Virus record (IMG/VR): IMGVR_UViG_3300019776_000550
Coordinates: 1-64,000 of that record
Origin: a virus
Length of the DNA stretch: 64,000 nucleotides
Direction: 5' to 3' (one strand)
A program made the position numbers and the translations under genes. The notes under the pieces were generated by a model. The model saw only the letters and a list, made by a program, of their open reading frames with translations. It was not told the DNA's origin and searched no databases. Below are positions 32,795 through 42,568 of this stretch, piece by piece (position 1 is the first letter of the stretch; each line of letters begins with the position of its first letter).

Positions 32795-33287
32795 TTAGCT
32801 TGTTTGTTTCAAAAAAGTTAAAAAGATTTTCACTTTGTGATTTAGTAAGAGTTCCTGAATTGCAAAGGTTAAAAGCATTTGTTAAAATACTTTTATATTT
32901 AGACAAAGCTTGTTTAGATGGTTGGTCAGCAAAACTTTTACCTTCTGCAAATTCTTCAAATTTCATTCTAGTCTTAGCAATATCAGTTAATTCTTCTTTT
33001 ACTTCACCAAAAAAGTCTGTTACAGTGTCAACTTGCTTCCCAAGAGAATCAAGTTTTTGTGATAAAATGAAGTTATTTTTATCAGATTCAGCTAATTTAA
33101 GATTTAATTCAGCTTTAACAGCATCAGCTAATGATAATTCATTAGTTAAATACTCAACATCCCTTGCTAGATTTTCAACATCATTAGATTTTATTTTTGT
33201 TAATATAAACATTAGTATTAACAATATAGTGTAAGCTATAATAATAATCAATATGGTATGTGGTTGAATAACTGCTAAATTTAACAT
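32766..33287 (-). CDS. Membrane-anchored coiled-coil protein
   Basis: N-terminal hydrophobic helix followed by a heptad-rich region. Confidence 0.5.
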   Translation of the reverse strand: MLNLAVIQPHTILIIIIAYTILLILMFILTKIKSNDVENLARDVEYLTNELSLADAVKAELNLKLAESDKNNFILSQKLDSLGKQVDTVTDFFGEVKEELTDIAKTRMKFEEFAEGKSFADQPSKQALSKYKSILTNAFNLCNSGTLTKSQSENLFNFFETNKLNDTVKTKDV

Positions 33288-33380
33288 TTGTTTATTTGTT
33301 TTAATTGTTTAAAAGATAAATTAACAAAATAGCAACTCAACAAAGTCAAGTTGCTATCTGACAATTGAACTCTCTGAAAC

Positions 33381-33935
33381 CTACCTAATAGTAAGATGTT
33401 GACTTTCAACAAGTTCAGCACCTACTATATCAACTCCCTGTTGAATTTCTTTCTTAATTTCAGTTTTGTTTACTTCTTTTTTGAAAGCTGTAGCATCAAT
33501 ATTAAGTAATGAAGAAACAGCATTTGCATCATTTAAATCAAGTTTTGTAGATAATGTAAATCTACAAAATTTCGGATTAATCAAAGCTTCATCAACTTTA
33601 ACACTTACAGACTTACCAATAGATAAACTAAAATCATCTACTTTAGCTTTACCTCCTCTTAATTGTAAGGAGTGCATTAAATAAGTTTTCAATCTACTAA
33701 TTGTATTATCAGTAGCTTGATTCTTTTGTTTAAGTCTGTCAATTTCTGATTTACGAAGTTCAATAACTTGTTCTAAATTCTTAATAACCCATACATAATC
33801 ATTTGCTTTATCATTAAACTCGGATTGATTAATAGTAAGAATTTCATCAAGTTCGTCTGTTAACTCACCTTCATTTTCAATTAATTGTTGAAATGCAGTT
33901 TGTAAGTCTTTGTCAATCTCCCAAAGTGTCTTCAT
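33381..33935 (-). CDS. Siphovirus Gp157-like protein
   Basis: MKTLWEI...EIDRL...SVKVDE...KTEIKK...GAELVE pattern. Confidence 0.8.
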   Translation of the reverse strand: MKTLWEIDKDLQTAFQQLIENEGELTDELDEILTINQSEFNDKANDYVWVIKNLEQVIELRKSEIDRLKQKNQATDNTISRLKTYLMHSLQLRGGKAKVDDFSLSIGKSVSVKVDEALINPKFCRFTLSTKLDLNDANAVSSLLNIDATAFKKEVNKTEIKKEIQQGVDIVGAELVESQHLTIR

Positions 33936-34590
33936 AAGATTTGTATTTATAAATGTTAATAATAAGTTTTCGGTAATTTGAAACTGAATTTGGGTTGTTA
34001 GAAATTACAATTTCATGTTCAATTCTTTTAATGCAATGAACATTATCATTGAGTATAAATCCAACAGGATTTTTTTCTACTACCCCACGTTCAGTAAATT
34101 CATGTTCTTGTATTACATCTAAAAATGTTTTTTCGTAATACTGTTTGTAATTATCTAAATCATCAATATTAGATTTTGTAGGAGCTACATCATCTAAAGT
34201 TGTGAAATAAATAAATTCTATTCTAATAGGTTCATTTATAATAGCAGAAGGTTTAAGACTTTTCTTAAAATAATCTTTAAGGTATCTTTTGATTGCTATA
34301 TAATTACCTAAATCCATTTGACTTTTTTTACTATTACCTTTAGTATGAAGCCCTTGTCCTGCAATTTTTAAAAAGCGTTGTGTACCAGCTTCTTTTGCAT
34401 TGCTTAAAATAGGTTCATAAGTAGACAAATCTACTAAAACACCTTTTTTATTAAAATCACAAGTATAACCAATTTCATTAGTTAACTTCTTAGGTATTTT
34501 TTTAGAAGATTTAGTGTAATACTTTGCTCTTATTATTCCTTTAGGAACATATCTTGGATAATCATGAAATACAAATTGTCGTAGTAGCAT
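33913..34590 (-). CDS. RusA-like Holliday junction resolvase
   Basis: DDLDN...K.FLD.I...NDNV motif spacing. Confidence 0.6.
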   Translation of the reverse strand: MLLRQFVFHDYPRYVPKGIIRAKYYTKSSKKIPKKLTNEIGYTCDFNKKGVLVDLSTYEPILSNAKEAGTQRFLKIAGQGLHTKGNSKKSQMDLGNYIAIKRYLKDYFKKSLKPSAIINEPIRIEFIYFTTLDDVAPTKSNIDDLDNYKQYYEKTFLDVIQEHEFTERGVVEKNPVGFILNDNVHCIKRIEHEIVISNNPNSVSNYRKLIINIYKYKSYEDTLGD

Positions 34591-34591
34591 A

Positions 34592-34977
34592 TTAATCTAA
34601 ATAAATTTCTTTAACATCTCCATTGTAAACAATTGATGTAACAGTTCCAAAAATATCAATTGAATCTTTAGATTCAAACCAGTAAGACACATTAAGTTCT
34701 TCGCCTACTCTTATAAGTTTAAGAATATCATAAAACTTAGTTGTGTGAGTGCGATACTCTTTATAAATTAGTTCAAATTTCATAATCTTGTTATAAAATA
34801 TCGCATTACGGTATGCAATTTACCTTTTTTAGTATCAATATCATAATTAGTTTCTTTGCCATGATAAGTATTAATAGTTCTTTTACCAACTATAACACCT
34901 TCAACAGATTCAAGTTGACCTTTGTTTCCTTCAAAAACAGCGTCAACCATAACTTTTTGTCCTAGTTGTAGTTCCAT
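34592..34977 (-). CDS. Two small hypothetical ORFs (34592-34783, 34780-34977)
   Basis: Coupled small ORFs. Confidence 0.5.
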
Positions 34978-34979
34978 TC

Positions 34980-35429
34980 TTAAATTGAGTTTTTAGTTAA
35001 AAAATCTATTACAAAATTTCGTTGATTATCAGGAAATGCATTATGTTTTTCATAATACAAAGACTGTCCAACAATGTCAGCATAAAGCAATAACTTTTCA
35101 AAATAATAATTATGATGTAATTGTGATTGCATTATATTATATACTTCTAATTCACCTTTTAATGTAAATGGTAAATCATGTTGTATATGAATAGCATCAT
35201 GCCAAGCTCTAAAAGCCAAGTTTGTATCTTTATTTCCAAAGATTGTATTTTCACAATTCAAATCAGTTATTCCATAAACACCATTAGTTTTATAAAATAA
35301 CTTAATATCATCAAATGTTAATAAATCATTGTTTATAACATAAGGATATTTATATTTATTATCACTAATAAATTGATTTAATTTTTGTGAAAAAGACCAA
35401 TCTGATTTATACTTTTTAAACTCTATCAT
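34980..35429 (-). CDS. Conserved phage protein with FRAWHDxxH motif
   Basis: NLAFRAWHDAIH...FTLKGE, a possible metal-binding motif. Confidence 0.55.
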   Translation of the reverse strand: MIEFKKYKSDWSFSQKLNQFISDNKYKYPYVINNDLLTFDDIKLFYKTNGVYGITDLNCENTIFGNKDTNLAFRAWHDAIHIQHDLPFTLKGELEVYNIMQSQLHHNYYFEKLLLYADIVGQSLYYEKHNAFPDNQRNFVIDFLTKNSI

Positions 35430-36439
35430 AATAAGTGATGTTTATAATATTCAATTAAATCAGTAGTAGCATCTTTACCAAATTTACTTAAAAATTCAGT
35501 AAAATCTTTGCTTTCATCTTCGTTAAAGAGTAACGGAATTGTATTAAATTCTTGTTTATATTTAATTGATTGTCGTTTACCAGTCCAATCATTATCAAAA
35601 AGTGTAAATATCTGAACATCACCCATTAGCAACAATAAGGGAGGTATAACATCAGATGCTCTAATCTTTTCATTAATAATAAAACAAGAATTAATACCAA
35701 ATAACCTTAAATAAAAGGCATCTTTTTTACTCTTTGTAATAACAACATACTCAAATTCAGTATTTAAAAATTCAAAATCACCATATTTAATACCAGTAGG
35801 ATTAATAAACCTTCTTTGATGTTTGTCTTTCAAAGGTGAATAAATTTGATATTTAAAAAGGTCACTTTCATCAGGAAAATAATAAGCAAATGTACATTTA
35901 AGATTATCATAAAATCTTTGTTCATTGTTAACATACTCCCAATAACATTCAATACTAAAAATACTATTGTCTTGAAGTACTTTATACGAAACATCTAATC
36001 CTCCAATATTCCAAAAATCTAAATCTCGTTTAGAAAAATGTTTTCTTTTAATTCTTAAACCATATTTAGCTTTTACAGAAAGTAATTCTTTTCTAGCTTC
36101 AACAACTTTAGTATTTTTAATTAAACCAAAATCATTAGCTATAATCTCAAGAGCTTTGATAAAAGAAACTCCATATTTTTGTTTGACAACATCAAAACAG
36201 TCAAATTGTCGCCAAGCAAAATCATTGAATATCAATCTGTTATCTGTATCTCTGACATAAAAAGAACATTTAGGAAAACTATCTTCTCTAAGTATGTTTG
36301 TATAAAACTTATTGAGAGATACACTAGATATTTCAAGATACCTTTCAAAAATATCAATTTCAGATACTTTAGAAAGTATATACTCTTTAGTGATTTCAAA
36401 TTGAATTAATTTCATTTTGATACATAATCTAAATACCAC
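35426..36439 (-). CDS. DNA primase (crAss-type DnaG/Toprim)
   Basis: LRED..P.C.F, VVITKSKKD, LFDNDWTG, KDFTE Toprim-like motifs. Confidence 0.85.
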   Translation of the reverse strand: MVFRLCIKMKLIQFEITKEYILSKVSEIDIFERYLEISSVSLNKFYTNILREDSFPKCSFYVRDTDNRLIFNDFAWRQFDCFDVVKQKYGVSFIKALEIIANDFGLIKNTKVVEARKELLSVKAKYGLRIKRKHFSKRDLDFWNIGGLDVSYKVLQDNSIFSIECYWEYVNNEQRFYDNLKCTFAYYFPDESDLFKYQIYSPLKDKHQRRFINPTGIKYGDFEFLNTEFEYVVITKSKKDAFYLRLFGINSCFIINEKIRASDVIPPLLLLMGDVQIFTLFDNDWTGKRQSIKYKQEFNTIPLLFNEDESKDFTEFLSKFGKDATTDLIEYYKHHLL

Positions 36440-36693
36440 ACATTACCTATAATCTCTAATTTATATTTACCTTCTATCACATTACATGTTGTAGGTATCC
36501 TATAATTATATCTATTAGGTTCTGTTGGATAATTTATAAAATACTTACCTTTATCATTAACAGTTAAATACAACTGTTTTTCATTAACTATGTAATAAAC
36601 AAAGGGTAAATCAGGATTAAAAGATGCGTATAATCTGTAAACATGACCTCCACCATCTTTAATTATTCTTAGAAAAACTTCATTATCTTCCAT
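36412..36693 (-). CDS. Hypothetical protein
   Basis: 93-aa ORF. Confidence 0.45.
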   Translation of the reverse strand: MEDNEVFLRIIKDGGGHVYRLYASFNPDLPFVYYIVNEKQLYLTVNDKGKYFINYPTEPNRYNYRIPTTCNVIEGKYKLEIIGNVWYLDYVSK

Positions 36694-36745
36694 AGTAATA
36701 AAAAAAAAGGTGTAGAATTAACTACACCTTTTTGGAGTAAGTAAA

Positions 36746-37372
36746 TTAAATTAAATTGGTATTTGTTCTAGCAGCAGGTCTTTCACCATCAGGACTTTTG
36801 TCAGGACGTGTAAGTCTATTATAAGAAGGGTCAAGAGGAGAAAGTTCTCTTGTTTTATATTTGCTGCTAATTACATTTCCATAAGCTGGAAAATCAATAT
36901 ATCCTGTTTTAACAGAATAACCAATCATAATTTGAAATTCCATTTCTAGCAAATCAGATGCATAAAGTTGTTCACAAACTTCAAGAAAATCTTTAGCTCC
37001 ATTAACATCAATATCATCTAACTTCTTATAGTTAGCATCTGTCATAAAACAACCAAAAATATGCTTTAGACGACTAAAGTTACCATTAATCATGTTAGCA
37101 TATTTTGCATCTTCACTTCTATCCTTGCGATTAGCTTGAAGAAGTTTAGCTCCCTTTTCATATCGACTCATGTCAAATTTAAAAGGGTCTAACATACCCG
37201 TATTAAACTCATTGCCATCAGCATCTCTAAATGAAAAATTAATTTTAGCATATGCGTTACCATTACTACTTACAGCTTCTGTATATTCAGGTAGTCCTGC
37301 TAGAAATACTGTAACACCTTTTTCATTTGGTTGAATAAGACCACCTTGACCTTGAATATCTCCTAATTTCAT
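36746..37372 (-). CDS. Putative ssDNA-binding protein
   Basis: Position between primase and the AAA/DnaB genes; SSNGN.Y..I.F pattern. Weak call. Confidence 0.35.
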   Translation of the reverse strand: MKLGDIQGQGGLIQPNEKGVTVFLAGLPEYTEAVSSNGNAYAKINFSFRDADGNEFNTGMLDPFKFDMSRYEKGAKLLQANRKDRSEDAKYANMINGNFSRLKHIFGCFMTDANYKKLDDIDVNGAKDFLEVCEQLYASDLLEMEFQIMIGYSVKTGYIDFPAYGNVISSKYKTRELSPLDPSYNRLTRPDKSPDGERPAARTNTNLI

Positions 37373-37529
37373 TTTTTTTGTTTGTTTATTTTTATTGAAA
37401 ATTTAAAAAAATCGGACTAAAAGATAATAAAAAAGCCCTAAATATTGCTATGAAGGGCTTTCTTTATTTTAAGAAATGATTGTAGAGCCTACCTACTTTT
37501 GCGAGGCATTAAAATACTTTTACAAAAGA

Positions 37530-38054
37530 TTATGATTCCCAACTGTCTTCATCATCTTCTTCTGACTCATCATCAAAATCTTCTGCAACTTGAGCTTCTA
37601 CAGTAGTAGATTTTTCAGGTTTACGAATTAGTTCAGCAGGAGTAACTTCCCACACACTAATAACACCATCTACTTCTTCATCTGTATTACGAGTAAGGTT
37701 AAAACCATGCTTATCATCTTGGATGTTCAACAAAGACTCAAGTTCTTTGTAAACAAACTCTTGTGATTTCTTAGCACCTTTTTTACCCTTCATAATTGCA
37801 CCATCTGTATCAGAAGGTACAACAATAAGAAATACGTTACCCGATTCATTCACACCTGCTGTAAGAGCATAATTATTCAAACCCATATCAGAAAACTTCT
37901 GATTTGAAACTTTAAAAACAATTTTGCTATTACCCTTCTCATCAACACGCTTACTTGCAGTAAGGTCATTAGTACGAATAAGGTTCTTCATTGCAGCTTT
38001 ACCAGCTTCTGTGAAAGTTCTTTCAATTTTCCGAGTTACGATTGTAATACCCAT
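37530..38054 (-). CDS. Hypothetical protein with acidic C-terminal tail
   Basis: Ends EDFDDESEEDDEDSWES; possibly nucleic-acid binding. Confidence 0.45.
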   Translation of the reverse strand: MGITIVTRKIERTFTEAGKAAMKNLIRTNDLTASKRVDEKGNSKIVFKVSNQKFSDMGLNNYALTAGVNESGNVFLIVVPSDTDGAIMKGKKGAKKSQEFVYKELESLLNIQDDKHGFNLTRNTDEEVDGVISVWEVTPAELIRKPEKSTTVEAQVAEDFDDESEEDDEDSWES

Positions 38055-38130
38055 TGTTTTAATTGTTTAATTGGTTTGTAATTGATTATAATGTAAAGGT
38101 ACTCTATTTTTGGATATTCTCCAAATGTTT

Positions 38131-38850
38131 TTAAGATTTCTTGTAATAATTTTTAATGGTTTCAATAACTAAACCCATATCATTGGGTATTTCATAATCT
38201 GCAAAGCAACCTAAAGGACTTTTTGCAGTATTGTAACCATCATTTTGTGTATCAAACCAGTAATTTACTTTCTTTGCTACTTTATCTAATCTACTATTAG
38301 AGTAAAGTACAAATGTAAACATACCTTCTATATTAAGATACTGGTCTGTTAACTTTCCCGCAGTTTTTACACGCTTAAATCCGTCATTATCTTTGTCAAA
38401 GTGATACATAAAGATAATGTTTAAGTCTTCACGTTTGCAACCTTGTGCAGCTCTAATAGGCAGATAAGCAGCTTGTCCAATTTCACTAAACTTATCGTAA
38501 CCTTTTTCGAGTATTTTATCCATAAACATCAGCAACTGAATATAAACAGCATCATCAACTACAATGTTTTTGATACCTTTAAATTTATCATCATTATCAA
38601 TAGCTTCGATAAGTGATTTAATTGCAAATGGGTCATGTGTTTTAAAATGTCTTCCTCCCTGACTTAGTAATTTACCTAATGGGTAAGAAGCTTCTGCATT
38701 AGGAGTAGGTAATGGTTTTCCACTAACATTGATAAGAACTGTTTCATTTGGATTTAGTCCTTTAATTTCAATGTTTTTGTCTTTGTAGGGAAATATAGAT
38801 GTACTTTTACCAGTACCAGTATTTCCTACTACCGCAATAAGAGTTGCCAT
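38131..38850 (-). CDS. AAA-family (Sak4/AAA_24-like) ATPase
   Basis: GNTGTGKST Walker A, IVVDD Walker B, KTAGKL, AKSPLG. Confidence 0.82.
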   Translation of the reverse strand: MATLIAVVGNTGTGKSTSIFPYKDKNIEIKGLNPNETVLINVSGKPLPTPNAEASYPLGKLLSQGGRHFKTHDPFAIKSLIEAIDNDDKFKGIKNIVVDDAVYIQLLMFMDKILEKGYDKFSEIGQAAYLPIRAAQGCKREDLNIIFMYHFDKDNDGFKRVKTAGKLTDQYLNIEGMFTFVLYSNSRLDKVAKKVNYWFDTQNDGYNTAKSPLGCFADYEIPNDMGLVIETIKNYYKKS

Positions 38851-38852
38851 AA

Positions 38853-40034
38853 TTAATCTTTAAAAGTTCCAAGTTTTATTCTGTTAACAACTTCAACAGG
38901 TTTTTCATCTTTGATAATACCTTTTTTAGTAAGGTATTTAACGTAATCTCTGTCAGTCTTAAATTCTTCAACTTTAGGTAATTCTTCAAATGTACCTGTA
39001 GCTCCATTAAATAACATACCAATTCTAAGATTAGGTGCTGAATATCTACTTTTAAGAAGCTTTACACTTCTATAAGTATCTTTTAAGATTTCAATATTGT
39101 AACCTCCTTTTGGATGTTCTTTAATTTCATATCTATCAGGTGCAAATATACCAATTACTTCTGTTGCATCCCTTGCTGTAAGTTTATTGTCACCAAGACC
39201 ATCTAAAGAAGGTTCTAGCTTGGCTTCAATACTCTTACCGCTAAAATCATGTTCAACTCTTTCTTTATCAGCTGCTTGTTGTTGTACAACAATAAGATGA
39301 GCTTGATAATAATTTTTAAGAGTTAAACCATAGTCAGATGAAAACTTAGACATAGCTTGATGAAGTGTCATAGTTTGATTAGTAGACTTATTAGTTTCAG
39401 GTTGAGTTAAACTAATATGGTCAACTATAACTTCTATAAAAACATTATCATCATCGTATCTCCAGTACTTCATTTCAGTACCTTCTTCATCTAATTTAAC
39501 ATCTTCACGCCCTTTTACAGTGTTAATAATAACATCTCTACATTTTTTATACATACCATAAGGATTTTTGATATTAGTATAAATCCTAACATGTTTATTG
39601 AAGAAATCTACATAATCTTGATAAGATTTAAGATATTCAATAATCTTAGAATTTACTTTAACATCTTCACCTTCTCCGTGAATAGAGAGCAACTCTCTAT
39701 AAGATATATCAATGTTATAATCACGTTTAAGAAATGCACATAGAATATCAGCTAAATATTCTTCTGCTGATAATTCTAATGAAAATATGATTATAACAAC
39801 ATTTATATCAGGATTATTTTTTACAAAATCTAATACATTAGAAACATAAAAAAATCTTGTAAACTTACTTTTACCTACACCACTAGATGCCGTAACAATA
39901 GTATAACTACTTTTAACAACTCCAGGAACATATTTGCTGAATCGTTTAAATCCAACAGGTATAAAGTTAAATCCTCCATCTAAATGTCTTTGATAATTAT
40001 TTTCAATATTATTAATGAGTCTCTCAAATATCAT
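38853..40034 (-). CDS. DnaB-like replicative helicase
   Basis: ASSGVGKS, FSLELS, IVDHISL, VVQQQ, LKSRY motifs. Confidence 0.85.
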   Translation of the reverse strand: MIFERLINNIENNYQRHLDGGFNFIPVGFKRFSKYVPGVVKSSYTIVTASSGVGKSKFTRFFYVSNVLDFVKNNPDINVVIIIFSLELSAEEYLADILCAFLKRDYNIDISYRELLSIHGEGEDVKVNSKIIEYLKSYQDYVDFFNKHVRIYTNIKNPYGMYKKCRDVIINTVKGREDVKLDEEGTEMKYWRYDDDNVFIEVIVDHISLTQPETNKSTNQTMTLHQAMSKFSSDYGLTLKNYYQAHLIVVQQQAADKERVEHDFSGKSIEAKLEPSLDGLGDNKLTARDATEVIGIFAPDRYEIKEHPKGGYNIEILKDTYRSVKLLKSRYSAPNLRIGMLFNGATGTFEELPKVEEFKTDRDYVKYLTKKGIIKDEKPVEVVNRIKLGTFKD

Positions 40035-41072
40035 CGTTAAATATTTTTAACTCTGTTTTATGTTGGTCTTCATACATAGCAGCTATACCATCAAAAGCTT
40101 TAAAATAACCTTCAATGTTATAAGGTGCTGAATTTGAATTACAATCATCTAAATAAAGTTTTGTTATTTCCATGAATCTTGTAAAAAGAATATTATTATT
40201 ACCCTTTAGGATATTAACTCTAAACATCTCTACAAGTTCATCTTTACTGTGTTTACCCCAAACAGAATATTTCTTGGGTTTAGTAAGACCATTAATATCT
40301 TTAATATGTACTTGTTTAGGATAAATAGCAATAAACTGTTCAAAAGCATCTTCAACATCTGTGATGTAAAAATATTGAAGAAATTTATCTGTTACTTTTA
40401 AGTTAGTCAGTTTAATGTTTTCATCATTTCCCCATATTTCAAGATATTCCTTTTGTTCAAGATTTTTACATATTTGAATCCAGTTTATATCATGTCTGTC
40501 TTGATATTTTTGAGACAATTGACCAAATTCAATTATGTTTATGTCTCGTGGTACTTTAAATAAATTATCGTCGTAATTATTTTGATTAATCATTACACGA
40601 TAAAGTAACCAGTATTCTTCTGCTGTAATACAAAGTTCATCTAAGAACTTTGCTAGTTTGAAAGGTTCTACCATTTAAGCATTTTTAAAAGTTTCATTTC
40701 TTCTTTATGAACATCAATAGCATCTGTAATTGTATAATTCTTTAAAGGATGTGTGCAACAAAATGTATAAGTTGTAGATTCAAGTTTATACTGAAATTTA
40801 ATCAACCAGTTATCTACTCTTAATGCTGATAAATCCTTAATTAGTTTAACTCTTCTTTTCTTGCTAAGTCTGATTCTAGTATAAAGTCTTTTAAAACTAT
40901 CAGGTGACATAGCAATAGTTATATTTTTACAATTACAATCATTTACTAACCATATCATGTTGCCAATCTCAACGTTCTTTTTTATAAACTGAATAGCAAC
41001 TGTATATCGGTTTCTGTCTTCTATAAACTGTTCAAAATCTGTCTTGTTATTTAACTCGTTTACATCATTCAT
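40024..41072 (-). CDS. Two hypothetical replication-module proteins (40024-40674, 40668-41072)
   Basis: Coupled ORFs between the two helicases. Confidence 0.5.
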
Positions 41073-42355
41073 ATCAGTTCTTTTAGTTCTTCTAAAGTGA
41101 TTGTTTTAGTAAACTGTCCTTTTAAACTTGAAGCTAACCAAACCTTTTCTTGACTTAGTATGGTATCTGCACCAAGTTTAAAATCATCAATGAAGAAATT
41201 AATCATAATAGGTGCTTTATCAGGATTGTCTTCATCAAATCTGATAATTCTACCTAATTGCTGAACAGCATCTAAATCATTAGATGTATAAGAAACTCTT
41301 AATCCAATTCTACAAGATTTAATATCAAAACCTTCTTTGAGAGAATCAATAGAAATTAAATGAGGTTTTTGATTAGAATAGAATTGATTTAGTACTTCTT
41401 CTTTACTCTTCTTTTTAAGTTTAGAATGATAAGAAATACTATTAGGGTTAGCATCTTCAAGCTGTTTAGCAAAATCGATAGTGCTACAAAATATAAGAGC
41501 TTTTTCTTTTACAACTGAAAGTAAATCAAGTGTAGCTAAATATTTAGATTGTGTATTTTGTAAAATCTGTTTTCTAACAGAAATAGCTTTTTGCCATTTC
41601 ATAAGCATACCAAATACAGCACCTTCTTTTTGATTAAGCTGATTAGCAATACGTTCTCTTTCTTTTTTTGCATTAGGTGCAATTAAATTATAAGGAGAGT
41701 AATGTCCTACACCTGCAAAATAAGCACTATACTTTTTGTGTTCATTATGAGCATGAAGATAATCAGATTTTTCTCTAAGAGTTAGTTCAAGTGGCACATT
41801 ATAAATTTGTGTTGCTGGAACTAATCCTTTTTTAAATCCCCAATACAAACTAATTTGATATTTTTCAACTGATTTACCTTTTTTAACCATTTCTTGTCTA
41901 AGAAATGATTCATATTCAGGTTTCAAAGTAGCTGTAAGAAATAATGATTTTTTAAATACAGCATTTTGAATAGCTGTACTAAAATATTCACTACTTTTGT
42001 TCAATGCTCTATGTACTTCATCAATAATAAGTAAATCACATTGATTATTCTTATTATTCATCGTGTAAGAGTTTATTATAAAGATTTCTATTCTTACTAA
42101 TGGGTAATCTTTATATAAATTCTTAGTAGCTTCTGTCCAAGATTCTTTTAGATGTTCTTTAGGTACAATAATATGTACATTAAGATAAGGATTGGCAGCA
42201 GCTTCTTTTGCTATCTTTTTTGTACCAATGTAAGTTTTTCCAAAACCTGTATATGCTTCACAAAGAAGATTATCAGATTCATTGTTAACAATATCATCTT
42301 GTACAAAATTCTTTAAATGGATTCCTTCAAGAGTTGATTCAGGAGGTCTAATCAT
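41069..42355 (-). CDS. Superfamily 2 DEAD/DEAH helicase
   Basis: TGFGKT, IIDEVH, LTAT, EGFDI, QQLGRIIR. Confidence 0.9.
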   Translation of the reverse strand: MIRPPESTLEGIHLKNFVQDDIVNNESDNLLCEAYTGFGKTYIGTKKIAKEAAANPYLNVHIIVPKEHLKESWTEATKNLYKDYPLVRIEIFIINSYTMNNKNNQCDLLIIDEVHRALNKSSEYFSTAIQNAVFKKSLFLTATLKPEYESFLRQEMVKKGKSVEKYQISLYWGFKKGLVPATQIYNVPLELTLREKSDYLHAHNEHKKYSAYFAGVGHYSPYNLIAPNAKKERERIANQLNQKEGAVFGMLMKWQKAISVRKQILQNTQSKYLATLDLLSVVKEKALIFCSTIDFAKQLEDANPNSISYHSKLKKKSKEEVLNQFYSNQKPHLISIDSLKEGFDIKSCRIGLRVSYTSNDLDAVQQLGRIIRFDEDNPDKAPIMINFFIDDFKLGADTILSQEKVWLASSLKGQFTKTITLEELKELI

Positions 42356-42563
42356 AAATTATATCATCAGTTATAATACGTTTCTTATGCTTACTTACAA
42401 CTTTTAATACAAGATAATCATGTGAATTATCTCTTGTAAATTCCTTTGCTTTTTCAGTAGCAATATTTCTATCAGTAGTTACTGTTTCTGAAATCAGTTG
42501 AGCAACTCCTTCTTTTTCTTTTGCTACATAATAAATTGATTTTTCAGGTTCGTTATTTGACAT
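42348..42563 (-). CDS. Hypothetical protein
   Basis: 71-aa ORF. Confidence 0.5.
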   Translation of the reverse strand: MSNNEPEKSIYYVAKEKEGVAQLISETVTTDRNIATEKAKEFTRDNSHDYLVLKVVSKHKKRIITDDIIYD

Positions 42564-42568
42564 ACATG